DNA of 64,000 nucleotides from Eledone cirrhosa (Eukaryota): positions 148,366,001 to 148,430,000 of the forward strand of contig OZ024741.1 in assembly GCA_964016885.1 (NCBI GenBank), written 5' to 3'. Shown piece after piece: positions 50,447-61,984 of this stretch. Within the stretch, counting starts at the first letter, position 1. The number at the start of each line of letters is the position of its first letter. The position numbers and the translations under genes were made by a program. Below the pieces are notes generated by a model. The model searched no databases, was not told where the DNA came from, and worked only from the letters and a program-made list of their open reading frames with translations.

Positions 50447-51566
50447 AAATATAATTATGGTGGAAGGTTTTGAGATACTTTAAAACAAACATCTCAACAT
50501 TGTAGAACCAGGGGTACTTTCAGGTGGCTTGGTTTGATAGAAATCGTCAGAATCAGTTAACTGCAGTAACAGATGGCCAAAATCTTCCTCCACCAATTGC
50601 AACTTTTATAATCAGTTCTGGTCCTGTGGTCAGGTGATTAGCCCTTACTATCAGTAGGATTTGAATTCAGAATATACAGAGCCAGAATAAATACAGCAAG
50701 GCATCTTGTTCCAATGTTTTAACAATTCCACCAATACAATTCCACCCTCACTGATTGGTACTTTATTTATAGACTCCGAAACAATAAGTAGCTAACTTGA
50801 CCTTGATAAGGTTCAGTGAGTCAGAATAAATACCACAAAGCATTCTTTTTGATGTCCTAAGACCTCTGCCAATTTTCCATTGTTTAAAAAAATACATCTT
50901 TGAAAGCATATTCTTTTATTCTTTTACATTAGACTGTGGTCATGCTGCAGCACTGTCTTCAAAAGATTTAATAAACCATACTAACCACAGTACTTGTTTT
51001 TTCAAGTCTGGTACTTATTTGATTGATCTTTATTTATAAAAAGCTAAGTTATAGGATATAAACAAACAGTAAACATACACACATATATATGCATACATAC
51101 ATATATACAGAAGATATGATATATGTGCTTAGTAATGACGGTTGCAAAAATAAGCACTCAACACCATTATATAACTTTGCCTTTCATCCTTATGGGGTCG
51201 ATAAAATAAAGTACCAGTAATGCACTGGGATAATTGCTGGCCTTGTGCCAAAAGTAGAAACAATTATATATTCTACATGTGGTTGGTGTTAGGAAGGGCA
51301 TCCAGCTGTAAAATCCCTGACCAAATTTACTGTCTCGTTGGAGCAAGGTATGGTGTGGCCAATTCTGGCCAGATTTGTCTCCTGACGTAGACGACCTGTC
51401 TAACCCATGCAAACATGGAAAATGGATGCTAAATGGTAATGACGATGATGATGATGATGATTATAGTCATGTCAGATGACCCTGTGAATACACAGGAAAA
51501 CTCCAGAGGAACAAGTGAATATCAATATCACACACACACATATCTATCTATATATATATATATGTA

Positions 51567-52397
51567 CGCAGTGTGTCAGAAAAGTAACAGGACTTATGAC
51601 TGCGGTAGGGTTTAGTGGGTTATGCCATGGTGTGATATATATATCTGGGGAGTATATAACTGATCTCAGCTCTTTGTAGCCATTGTATGTTTTCCATGTG
51701 TTTTTGTTAAGGATTAGGCCAATGAGCGATGAACACAGAGCAATGAACCAACTGAATTTTCTGGTCTGGCTGAGGAAAATCTCCATCAGAAGCACTCTGA
51801 ATATTGCTGCAAGTTGTATGGGGATGAGAAATGTTGCACTCGCAGGTTTTTGAGTGGCACAAAAGGTGGAAGACGACTCCAGAAGCGGGAGGTCTTCAAC
51901 AAGCAGGACTAAGGCCAACATTGAGCATTGTGGTATGTGGCGATCATCAGCTGACTGTTCAACTGATCGCAAGTAAGCTGGGCATGAACCGCGATGGCAT
52001 TTGAAAAATTATCACAGATGATTTGGACTCGCGGAAGATCTGTGTGAAGATCAAGTCAAAGCTGCTCAACAATGATCAGATAGAGCGGTGCATGCAGGTG
52101 CGTCAGGACCTTCTTGATCATCTTGAAACCAAAATAGACTTGCTGGGGAGAGTCCTCACCAGTGATGTGTCATGGATCTTCAAGTAAACCTATTTTCTGG
52201 ATGTGGAAACATCAAGAGGGCCATGATGACAGAGTTGCAGAATCTTTCCAGGAGTACATGGAGGCATGGTGGAATAGGATGTGAAAGTGCATTAGACTCA
52301 AGGGGGATTATTTCGAAGGGGAAACTTGTAGTATGTAGTTTGGGTTTGAAATATTTTTTTGCCACCCAAAGTCCTGTTTCTTTCCTGACACACCTTG
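51567..52397 (+). mobile_element. Internally deleted mariner DNA transposon relic
   Basis: TIRs ta|cgcagtgtgtcagaaaagtaacaggactt and aagtcctgtttctttcctgacacaccttg|ta. Transposase remnants FEWHK.VEDDSRSGRSSTSRT, RKICVK..SKLL..DQ and RVLTSDVSWIF. Confidence 0.88.
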
Positions 52398-52810
52398 TAT
52401 ATATTTACATTAGAAGTGGCACTAACATACTGTGATTTGTAATAGGGATGTGTATGAAAGCATATATAATATATTTATGCATAATAAACATACAAGAGCC
52501 TCGCTATGATTTTTCTTCTTTTTTTAAAACTGTGATCATGTCACAGTATCTCAGTAGGGGTGAGAATTCCAAGATCACAGATGAAAAAAAAAAATTCATA
52601 GTGAAATCTTGTATGTTTATTATAGATCAACATATCATATATGAAAATTAGAATTGGTGCTCTGAAATAGCGATATATATATGAATGTATATATAGTGTA
52701 TTTTGCAATACACTGTATGCTTAATTAAAAGCATTTCGAAGACCTTATGCTATTGTTTTAGAGTAGTGACAGTCTCACTTACTTTAATTTTCAGCAAACA
52801 GGGGAGATAA

Positions 52811-52854
52811 AGCTGACAAAGCTCTGTTTCGCATTTTCTTATGCTTATCAAAGC
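52811..52854 (-). ncRNA. Type I hammerhead, variant core UUGAUAA
   Basis: Minus strand: gct-TTGATAA-gcat aagaaa atgc-GAAA-cagagctttg-TC-agc. Distal stem I is cut off by the rearrangement. Confidence 0.75.
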
Positions 52855-52971
52855 ATTTCGAAGACCTTATGCTATTGTTTTAGAGTAAAACAATAGCATA
52901 AGATCTTCAAAATGCTTTTAATTAAGCATACAGTGTATTGCAAAATACACTATATATACATTCATATATAT

Positions 52972-53300
52972 GGAGGCACATGGCTTAGTGGTTAGAGCAT
53001 TGGCCTTGCAATCGAAAGGTTGTGAGTTCAAGATGTGTTGTTTCCTTGAGCAAGGCACTTTATTTCACATTGCTCCAGTTTACTCAGCTGTAGAAATGAG
53101 ATGATAGGGACTGGGGTCCATATCATTCCACTGTAGAGTGGTCGTGGAGGTGCCACGGCAAAAAAGCACCCATCACTCACTGTAAATGAGGTTGGTGTTA
53201 GGAAGGGCATCCAGCTGTAGAAATCAAGCCAGACTCAGTTCCCGTCCAACCCTTGCAAGCAGGGAAAAGTGGACGTAAAATGAAATGATGATGATGATGA
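52972..53300 (+). mobile_element. tRNA-derived SINE with RTE-PHD-type 3' tail
   Basis: A box tggcttagtgg, anticodon-like cttgcaa and B box gagttcaa. The 3' part gttggtgttaggaagggcatccagctgtagaaa...ggacgtaaaa(tga)n matches the LINE 3' UTR at 27590-27743. Confidence 0.85.
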
Positions 53301-53415
53301 TATATCGCTATTTCAGAGCACCAATTCTAATTTTCAATTTCTGCTTGACCAGCAACCGCTCTGTATAATCACTTCCTGATTATTACTAGAAGTCTATAAG
53401 AATCAAACATTCATG

Positions 53416-53510
53416 ATTTTCAGCAAACAGGAGGAGTAGTTAGATTTGATAAACATCAAAAAATGCAAAACAGAGCTCTGTCAGCTTTATCTCCCCTGTT
53501 TGCTGAAAAT
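53416..53510 (+). ncRNA. Inactivated copy of the variant hammerhead
   Basis: TTGATAA-acat caaaaa atgc-AAAA-cagagctctg-TC. G12 is lost and the stem II closing pair is broken, but a perfect 16-bp distal stem I remains (attttcagcaaacagg/cctgtttgctgaaaat). Confidence 0.65.
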
Positions 53511-54153
53511 TAAAGTAAGTGAGACTGTCACTACTCTAAAACAATAGCATAAGGTCTTCAAAATGCTTTTAATTAAGCATACAGTGTATTGCAAAATACA
53601 CTATATATACATTCATATCATATATGCTTTTATATACACCTTTATTATACATACACATATATATGTAATATGTATATATATATATATATATATGATGATG
53701 ATGATAGGGTGTCCCATAAAATGTATACACACTGATTACCTGTACAGGCAATATTTATTGGAATACTGTTGAAGTATGTATACATTTTTAGGGGACACCA
53801 TGTGTATATATATATAAGTAAGGCACTTCTGTAGTTTCTGTCTACTAAATTTCATTCACATTGGTCAGTTTGAGACTATAGCAGAAGACACTTTCCTGCA
53901 GTGTTACCCAGTGAGACTGAACCTAAAACTGTGTGGTTGTAAAGCAAACCCCTTAACCACACAACTATGTCTGTGCCTGTATATGAAAATAATTTACAAA
54001 ACCATAATCCCTTCCATTTATGATATATAAATGTAAGAAAGATAACAAATAATGAGGCAAATCAACCTGTTTTTTTCTTTGTTTTTTGTTTGTATGTGTG
54101 AGGAGTTTTGCTGACACTGACTCAGCATCTCTTTCCATATTGTTCTCATTCAG

Positions 54154-54300
54154 GAGTTTTTAAATATCAAAGTGAAGAGAACTATGGCAGAACAGTTGGT
54201 TATGGAATTATGTTCCTCAGTGTGTTCTGAGGTGCAAGAATCTTACCCTGAAGATTTTAACATGGAAATTGAACCTATATTCAAAGGAAAGAACCCTGGT
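54154..54300 (+). CDS. MYCBPAP: MYCBPAP exon
   Basis: attcag|EFLNIKVKRTMAEQLVMELCSSVCSEVQESYPEDFNMEIEPIFKGKNPG|gtaagc; F...NP end motif, phase 0 to 0. Confidence 0.85.
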
Positions 54301-55095
54301 GTAAGCTTCACTTTATATATATAAGATCCACTCCCAACTGCATCACCTTTATTTTACAAAAATATCCATTGGCTGATATTGCACGAGTTATCTACCTTGT
54401 TGTTTTTACATTTTAGACAGCCCCCAAAGCAGAATTTCACAAGCTGGAGGTGCACGCCCCACTGATGGGGTGTGGGGCGTCAGGTGTATATACTTTGTCT
54501 AATCATGGTGGGGGACACACTTTATTGGAAAATTGAAATGGGGTGTGAGACAAAATAGGTTGAGAACACTACTCTAGAGGGAGTTTTGTCTAACTTGCTG
54601 ATAGTGTATAAGTTATCTTCTTCACTTATTGTTTTTACATTTTAAATAACCTCTAGAGGGAGTTTTGTTTAACCTACTGATATTATTAGAGTTAACTATC
54701 TTGCTTGTATTTAGATTTTAAATAAAAACTAGAGGGAGTTTTGTCTATCTTGCTGATATTGTATGAGTTATCTACCTTGCTTTTTGTTTTTAGATTTTAT
54801 ATGCCTTCTGGGAGGAGCTTTTGATTACTAATTGGATAATCAAAGATAATCCAAATCGCATTGGAAAATGTAGACCTAGATATACTATGCTTGAAAATAT
54901 AGAAGACAGGACAGTTTGCATGTAGAAAGCATTTGAATCATGGGTTTTCATGGTTAGGGCTGACTTTGGGATTACACAAAATAACAACAATAGTTGCTTA
55001 GAATTCTAATGTTGATATGTTGTTTTATGAAGCGAAGAGTGCTGAAAGTCAAACCTCAGTCGTGAAATAGCTTCAGTGGTGTTGTGGGAAAGTAA

Positions 55096-55380
55096 AGGCA
55101 TGTGGCCTAGTGGTTAGCATGTTGGACTCTTGATTATAAGATCATGGGTTTGATACTCTGACTGGGCAATTCATTGTGTTCTTCATTCAGTAAAACACTT
55201 CATTTCATATAGTCCACTCACCTGAAAGTACAAGCAACAGCAGTTACAGGTTTAACTTTTTGTTGGACTGGCATCCCCTTCAGAAGTGGGTTTTGTACTT
55301 TGTCATCTAACCCTGAGGAAACTGAGATAAACTTTGACCTAATGTGCACCTGACCTTGTAACAGACTTTAACTTTACTTG
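55096..55380 (+). mobile_element. tRNA-derived SINE (Meta/V-like body), degenerate
   Basis: Head aggcatgtggcctagtggttagc, ggactggcatccc and tail gactttaacttt; related to 59858. Confidence 0.6.
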
Positions 55381-55463
55381 TGGGGAAAGTTTATGATGTC
55401 CGCTAACCTCCTCATACAGTCATGTACTTATGGTGTTTGTAATGATCTTTTGTTATGTTTCAG

Positions 55464-55577
55464 TTCAATTATGAAAGCAAGATCGTTTCTAGCTTGAAGG
55501 GATTATATTATAACGTTCTCCGAAATTCTAAGAAACCTGAAATAAAATGGAATTATTCTGTGGCAGAAGTTTTAAAC
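55464..55577 (+). CDS. MYCBPAP: MYCBPAP exon
   Basis: tttcag|FNYESKIVSSLKGLYYNVLRNSKKPEIKWNYSVAEVLN|gtaagc; Y....V..L..L and WN.S motifs. Confidence 0.85.
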
Positions 55578-56084
55578 GTAAGCAATCCTGACATAACTGA
55601 GATAAATAGCTATCAAATGTATCCTTGTATGCACCCAGTACTCTCTGTAAAGTGGTTAGTAATTGAATGGAGATGATATAGAGTAGAGTGAACTCTAAAA
55701 TCTTGCCGAGTACATGATAACTTCTCTAGTGCTGGTGCCACAATAAAATGCACCCAGCCCACTCTGTAAAGTGATAGTGCTGGTACCATGATAAAATGTT
55801 TCTATACACTGTAAAGTGTTACTGCTGGTGCCACTATAAAAAGACATTCAGTATTTCAGTTGATCACTCTTAATGCCAGCTCACATACTGGTAAGTGGAA
55901 ATGCAAGGTGATGTTCAAGTGCTGTACATTCTCTTTTTATTATAGCCGCATAAATGCTGCACAGATTTACATTTTTATGAAAGAAAATTATGCAGTGCTC
56001 CAGCATGGTCTTAATCACAAAGGTTTAAATTAACTAAAGAAAAACTGATTTTCATAGTTATGCCTGCATCTATTACACGTGAGC

Positions 56085-56257
56085 GCACGCGCGCACACAC
56101 ACACATACATACATACACATACACACCACATACATATGCATGCACACACACACACAGATATATATGCATGCATACATACACACACACACACAGATTCATA
56201 TGCACGCACACACAGATACATATGCATACACACACACACAGATACATATGCATGTAT

Positions 56258-56291
<34 letters not shown>

Positions 56292-56350
56292 ACATATGCA
56301 TGCACACACACACAGATACATATGCATGCACACATACACACACACACACC
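56085..56350. repeat. Compound (CA)/(CATA) microsatellite
   Basis: Degenerate cacacacagatacatatgcatg units. Confidence 0.9.
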
Positions 56351-56434
56351 ATTTGCTGACATTCCACTGCTCTTCAGTTTATTAATATTAACATTTATTT
56401 ATAATAACGTTAATTTTTTTTTCTCTCTGTCCCT

Positions 56435-57175
56435 GCTACCACTACCATCACCATTACTACAACCTATGAATGAAAATTGCTACTGCTGCTGTTACAACCA
56501 TCAACCACCCTCACCACCACAATCATCACCATTTCACCCCACTGCTACAACTCTCACTACCACCAACACTGATACTGCTGCCACCACCAACATAATTAAC
56601 ACCAACACTACTTCTACTGCCTCTACCACTGCCACCACTACCAACGCCACCACCACCACCATCACTGCCAACACCAACACCAACACCATCACCACTACCA
56701 CCACCAATGGTACCACTGCCACCACCATTACCATCACCACCAACACCATCACCAAAACACCACAAACACCATCACCACTACCACCACCACCACCACCACC
56801 ATTACCAACACCACCAACACCATCACCAAAATACCACCAACACCATCACCACCACCACCACCACCATTACCAACACCACCAACACCATCACCAAAATACC
56901 ACCAACACCATCACCACTACCACCACAAATGGTACCACTGCCACCACCATTACCAACACCACCAATGGTACCACTGCCACCACCATTACCATCACCACTA
57001 ACACCATAATCACTACAACGCCACCAATGCAATCACCACCAACATGACCACAACCACTGCCAACACCATCACCACAACACCACACCACCATAACCATCAT
57101 AATTATCACCACCAATGGTACCACTGCTACCACCATCACCACCACTGCCATCACCATCATTGCTCCCACCCCCAC
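56435..57175. repeat. Degenerate (ACC)n trinucleotide tract
   Basis: About 740 bp of ACC/ACT/CAT triplets with a repeated aatggtaccactgcc motif. A similar shorter tract lies at 60895-61050. Confidence 0.9.
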
Positions 57176-57181
57176 CTGCAG

Positions 57182-57303
57182 GCCATTTCAGCAATGGATG
57201 ACAGTGAGGAGAAGGAATGTCATCTCAACAAAGTAGAGGAGTATGTGCGCCAGATGCAGTTTTCAACTGACGTCTTCAAGGGAAACAACCACTATTACTA
57301 TGT
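57182..57303 (+). CDS. MYCBPAP: MYCBPAP exon
   Basis: ctgcag|AISAMDDSEEKECHLNKVEEYVRQMQFSTDVFKGNNHYYY(V)|gtgagt; phase 0 to 2, fits 58617. Confidence 0.82.
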
Positions 57304-57447
57304 GTGAGTATTTTACATTGACTAATTACGAGGCTTTCATTGACAGTTTTTCTTTTTGTGCTGGAAGTTTACTATCAAGGTTTCTCCTTCCCCACTCAGT
57401 CTCTCAACTGCTGTTTACTCCTGCCAAGCCAGGGAAAGGACATAAGG

Positions 57448-57900
57448 AATTAATGTAACATGGGCAGCTGGAGTAACAGAAGCAGTTAATGTAACATGGA
57501 CAGCTAGAGTGACACAGATCATTAGTGTAATATGGGCAGGTGGAGTAACACAGACCATTAATGTGACATGGGCAGCTAGTGAAACACAGATCATTAGTGT
57601 GACATGGGCAGCTGGAGTAACACAGATCATTAGTGTGACATGGGCAGCTGGAGTAACAGAAGCAATTACTGTAACATGGACAGCTAGAGTGACACAGATC
57701 ATTAGTGTAACATAGGCAACTGGTGTGACCCAAGCAATTAATGTAACATGGACAGCTGGAGTAACTCGGACCATTAGTGTGACATGAACAACTGGAGTAA
57801 CACAAACTATTAGTGTGACATGGGCTGCTGGAGTAACAGAATCAGTTAATGTGACATGGTCAGCTGGAGTAACATAAACTATTAGTGTGACATGGACAGC
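57448..57900. repeat. 36-bp minisatellite (~12 units)
   Basis: Consensus attagtgtgacatgggcagctggagtaacacagatc. Confidence 0.92.
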
Positions 57901-58616
57901 CCCCACCTTTTCCTTCATGGAGTAAAGAAGCAGTTAATGTGAGAGCAGACAGACAGTATAGTATGATGTAATACACAGACTACTAGAGTATTCTGAGCAG
58001 TAACAGCTGCCTCAGAAGAAATTGGTGGAACATGGGCAGAATGCGACATAACTAGAATGTATGACATAGGAAGCTAACATAATACTGGCAGTTGCCCATG
58101 CCCTACTTGTGGCATATGCTACTTTAACTCTTTCCTTATATTTTTAATGTTGTTCCGAATAAAAGACACTGTTTATGGTTTTCAGTTAATTTTGAAAATA
58201 ACTAACATATTGGGGGGATTCAGTAATATTACTTTCTCATCCTTTATTAAGCTGGTGTTTGGAACATAATAAAGGCTCTTACATAAAATTATGATGGAAG
58301 GTTTTTAGTTAAATATGTACACTTTAACCTTATGCTTTTCAAATAATTTTGAAAATAATCAAGAATTTGGAGGGACTTAATATGACTAACTTACTCATTA
58401 TTAGGCTGGTGTTTGAAACAAAATAATGATAGAACGTTTTTTAAATAAATATATGCACTTTAAAATATTTGTATGGTAAAAACAAGGGAGGTTTCAGGCA
58501 GTTTCAAGTGATTACAGGCAGTTTGGCATCTAAAAGTTTAACTAGCCACAAATAGCTACCCATATCAGTAGTGACTACCGTATAAAGTGTTTCATCTCTC
58601 TTTATTTACTTTACAG

Positions 58617-58678
58617 ATATATTTTACTGGTGGATGGAATGAATACACTGACCAAACAATTAAATACAATTTCACAAG
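58617..58678 (+). CDS. MYCBPAP: MYCBPAP exon
   Basis: ttacag|YILLVDGMNTLTKQLNTISQ|gtacag; phase 2 to 1. Confidence 0.75.
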
Positions 58679-59182
58679 GTACAGATATTTACTCATATTT
58701 CTTCTTTTGTATCTGAGAGTCAGTGTATCTGGTTTAGAATAGGTACACTGTAATCCTTGCATGGTGTATAAGGTGACTAAAGAACCTTACTGAGTGCATC
58801 TGTTTCGAATAGATACACTGAATTTCATAAGGGATGACTAAAAGGGTTGGTGCCAGAAAGGGCATCCAGACACAAAACATTGCCTCACAAAGGATGTCAT
58901 GGGGAGTATGAAGCCTGTCATGTGGTTTGACTGGCTAACCCCTGGTTTAACATGGAAAATTACCTTAAAATGTTTGATGTAGTTTATGGAGAGAGGCTAT
59001 AGAACACTTAGATATGAAGGCATGGGTTAGCTAATGTTTAGTATGTAGGTTTCATGACCATTAGATGATATGTTTGATCCCCAGACAAGGTAGTGGTGGT
59101 GGTGGTGGGACGTTGTGTCCTTGAGCAAGAGATTTCTTAAGTACAGAGCTGTTGAGCATATCATAGTGAATATGTTAAACAG

Positions 59183-59625
59183 GGCTTAGTGGTTAGAGCA
59201 TTAGGCTTGCAATCGAAAGGTTGTGAGTTCAATTTTCGGACCGGTTAATGTGTTGTTTCCTTGAGCAAGACACTTTATTTCACATTGTCTCAGTTTACTC
59301 AGCTGTAGAAATGAGATAATAGGACTGAGGTCCCTATCATTCCACTGCAAAGTGGTCGTGGAGGTGCCACGGCAAAAAAAAGCACCCAGCCCACACTGTA
59401 AAGTGGACGTGTAGACGCCACGGAAAAAAAAATCCCCCAGTACTCACTGTAAATGAGGTTGGTCTTAGGAAGGTCATCCAGCTGTAGAAATCAAGCCAGA
59501 ATCAGTTCCTGTATGAGCAAGACAAGGTCAGCCGACCAGACACCGCCCACAACAGGACAACCCGTCTAACCCATTCTAGCATCGAAGAACGGACGTAAAA
59601 CGGTGGTGATGATGATGATGATGAT
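59183..59625 (+). mobile_element. tRNA-derived SINE with RTE-type (GAT)n tail
   Basis: Same head, body and tail as 52972-53300, with one extra internal repeat unit. Confidence 0.82.
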
Positions 59626-59857
59626 TGAATAATTCCCATATTCAGTTTATAACCAGTTAGTGAGTATCATTATGGCTGTTCTTCACTACCTCTACATGCA
59701 CTAGTGTTTCAAGTGGATACTTAGATAACTGTGACTTGATCAGAGCTGAAAACATTCATAGCAAGACTTATATACACAAAAATATCATATATATATATAT
59801 ATATATACCTTTATATACACCTCTGTTAAAACAAGGGTTTTTACTTTTTTCTGATAG

Positions 59858-60146
59858 AGGCATGTGGCCTAGTGGTTAGAGTGTTGGGCTCATGATTGTA
59901 AGGTTGTGGGTTTCATTCCCTGACCAGGTGGTACATGTTATCCTTAAGCAAGGCATTTCATTTCACATTATGCAAGTTCACTCAGCTGAAAAAATGAGTA
60001 CCAGCAACAGCAGTGAGTTAGTCTTGCAACAGACTAGCAACCCATCTAAGGGAGAACCTTGTATTCTCAGCCACTCAACATCACATGAAACTAGGATAAG
60101 TTCTGACCTGATGAGCCTCTAGGCTTGAGAAAAACTTTAACTTTAT
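59858..60146 (+). mobile_element. tRNA-derived SINE (Meta/V-like body)
   Basis: tggcctagtggttagag head, gactagcaacccatc and ggataagttctgacctgatgagcc...actttaacttt tail. Confidence 0.6.
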
Positions 60147-60284
60147 TATTTGGATATAATGATAAAAACTAGCAGAGATGTAAAACCTCTTTTGAATACA
60201 GAAACCAACAAGGAAATCTCTATGCAGACATGCAACCTACTAGAAATAGTAACCAAGTTCCCTCTCAAATCACATACCACTGTT

Positions 60285-60511
60285 TTAACCCTTTAGTATT
60301 TAAATCGGCCGTATTCGTCCAGAATTCTCTCACTTCTTTCTGTTTAAACTGGCCGTAACCGCCTGCTTATACTGACATTAAGGTATTGTTCTCAAAATAA
60401 ATAATATCAAAATCTCATAGATTCAATATTATGTGAGATAATTGTGAGCTAAAGCCTTTACCACAAAAATACAATAGTATATATAGAGTAATATAAATGC
60501 TAAAGAGTTAA
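60285..60511 (+). mobile_element. piggyBac-type MITE
   Basis: TTAA|ccctttagtattta...taaatgctaaagag|TTAA. Confidence 0.85.
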
Positions 60512-60692
60512 AAAGAAAAGACACATTGTATTATGTAGTCCCAATACGTTACTGACCTTATGTCTAAATTAGAAATCATTATTATTATTGCCATTTGTTT
60601 TAAACGGACGTGTTTGTATTGGCTCGTGTAAGCTTGTTGTGTTTTTTCACTTGTTTACAAGGGCTTTTTCGGTAATTTTTTTTTTGTCACAG

Positions 60693-60857
60693 ACTATTTG
60701 TAGGAAGGCGACCCCATAATATTTGGGCCTTTGACCCAAATATTGTATTTTCTTCTTTGAAAAGCCCTAAAAAACCTTCAAAATTTCCAAAAAGCGCCCT
60801 CCCATTCCATGTGCCAAAACAAAAATATTTCACACAAGAAAAGAGTGCATCTTTTCA
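60693..60857 (+). CDS. Possible further MYCBPAP exon (frame unresolved)
   Basis: Strong acceptor tttttttttgtcacag| and donor CA|gtatgt. Open only in phase 2 (LFVGRRPHNIWAFDPN...EKSASF). A direct join to 58678 (phase 1) gives DYL-stop. Confidence 0.35.
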
Positions 60858-61062
60858 GTATGTCAGACGTAGAACTGGAGGTAAATTATGCCCTTACCAT
60901 CACCACCACACAGATTAACACCAACACCAGTACAGACACTACCACCACCGTTGCTGCTGCCACCATCACTACCAACAGCATTAACACCAGTATCAGCAGC
61001 AGTAGCAACAACATTGGCAACAGCAACAGTAACAACTGCAGTAGAGATAACAAGTCCTGAAA

Positions 61063-61983
61063 GCAGGCTGGACAATATGATAGGTAAAAACTCCACCTTG
61101 ACATTCTATAGAGGATTAGTGGTGGATGAAAGCGATGACGTTCTTGGAGAAACTCTGGGCATCAACTAGCCACTCTTTTCAGGAGGATTTTCGGTCCAGG
61201 GCCCATGGATAATTTCCAGAAATCCATGGCCTGGCAGTGCTACCGAGGAGCTTTGCCAGTTCGAGATAAACTCTATAGGCATGGAAATGCCATCAGCTGG
61301 GCCTGTCTGAGATGCACACAGGGTGACGAAACCATCCTGCACGCAATTGTCCGGTGTCCAAGCATTCCTAACTTGTGGGTTTATGTCGAACATCTGCTGT
61401 TGCATGTAGGATAAATTCAGTTATCAACTGAGCCCATTGTGAAGATTGTCCCATCACCTTCTTTTAAACAAGAAGGGCAGGCGATAGTGAAAGAGGTTGT
61501 ATAGTGGACACACTTGAAAGGTTTGAAGACGAGCACTTTTCTCTTTGGTAAAGCCCTGATTAACTTCTTCAGGTTTCACTTGAAGAGGAAAATCAGAGTC
61601 GAAAAGGAAGTGTTGCTTTCAAAGCAATTTGTGGAAAGAAGGGTGAGAGAGGTGAGCATGGCCCGAGTGAATGGGCCCGCTCTGAGTGTGAGCCTGTAGT
61701 TTGGAGGAGTACAACTGGGACAGGGCACTTACCCTTGAGATCAAGGCACCCTTGGTTGTATGTTTTTTTTCCATGAGTGACCCTCAAAGGTCTCCTCCCT
61801 ATTGAGGAACCTCCTTTGTTTTAATTTTATTGTTATCTTCCTTTTTTTAACAATGTTAAAATTTGTTTACATGCAAAACCCACATGTCAACATATACTCT
61901 ATGTTTCCATCCTGTACTATCATAAATGTTTTTCTTGATGTAAACTCTTTGTGGTTAATAAAGAAATTATTATTATTATTATT
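61063..61983 (+). mobile_element. L1/Tx1-clade LINE 3' fragment (zf-RVT), (ATT)n tail
   Basis: WQCYRGALPVRDKLYRHGNAISWACLRCTQGDETILHAIVRC (C-x2-C...ET..H...C); ends aataaagaa(att)n. Confidence 0.85.
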
Positions 61984-61984
61984 T

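Larger units (their letters stand above)
52643..53617. mobile_element. Head-to-head inverted array of the ~315-bp hammerhead element, interrupted by a SINE
   Basis: Left arm 52643-52885 is in the same orientation as 19616. Right arm 52886-53617 is inverted and spans more than one unit. Confidence 0.78.

Noticed and set aside
52972-53040. tRNA-Ala-like sequence (also at 59183, 55096 and 59858)
   Set aside because: A and B boxes run into SINE bodies with no complete cloverleaf; these are SINE heads, not tRNA genes.
56011-57175. 322-aa His/Thr-rich mucin-like ORF and overlapping ORFs
   Set aside because: Translations of CA and ACC microsatellites.
57448-57900. Regular 36-bp repeats as a possible CRISPR array
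   Set aside because: Head-to-tail units with no unique spacers, no cas genes, and a eukaryotic context.
57404-57918. Cys-rich (CYSSCPCHTNDL)n and Val/Thr-rich ORFs resembling metallothionein, keratin-associated or antifreeze proteins
   Set aside because: By-product of a 36-bp minisatellite that keeps several frames open on both strands; intronic, with no splice or promoter support.
60108-60135. CTGATGAG followed by a hairpin, as a hammerhead
   Set aside because: No correctly placed GAAA, stem III or stem I; it is the SINE 3' stem-loop.
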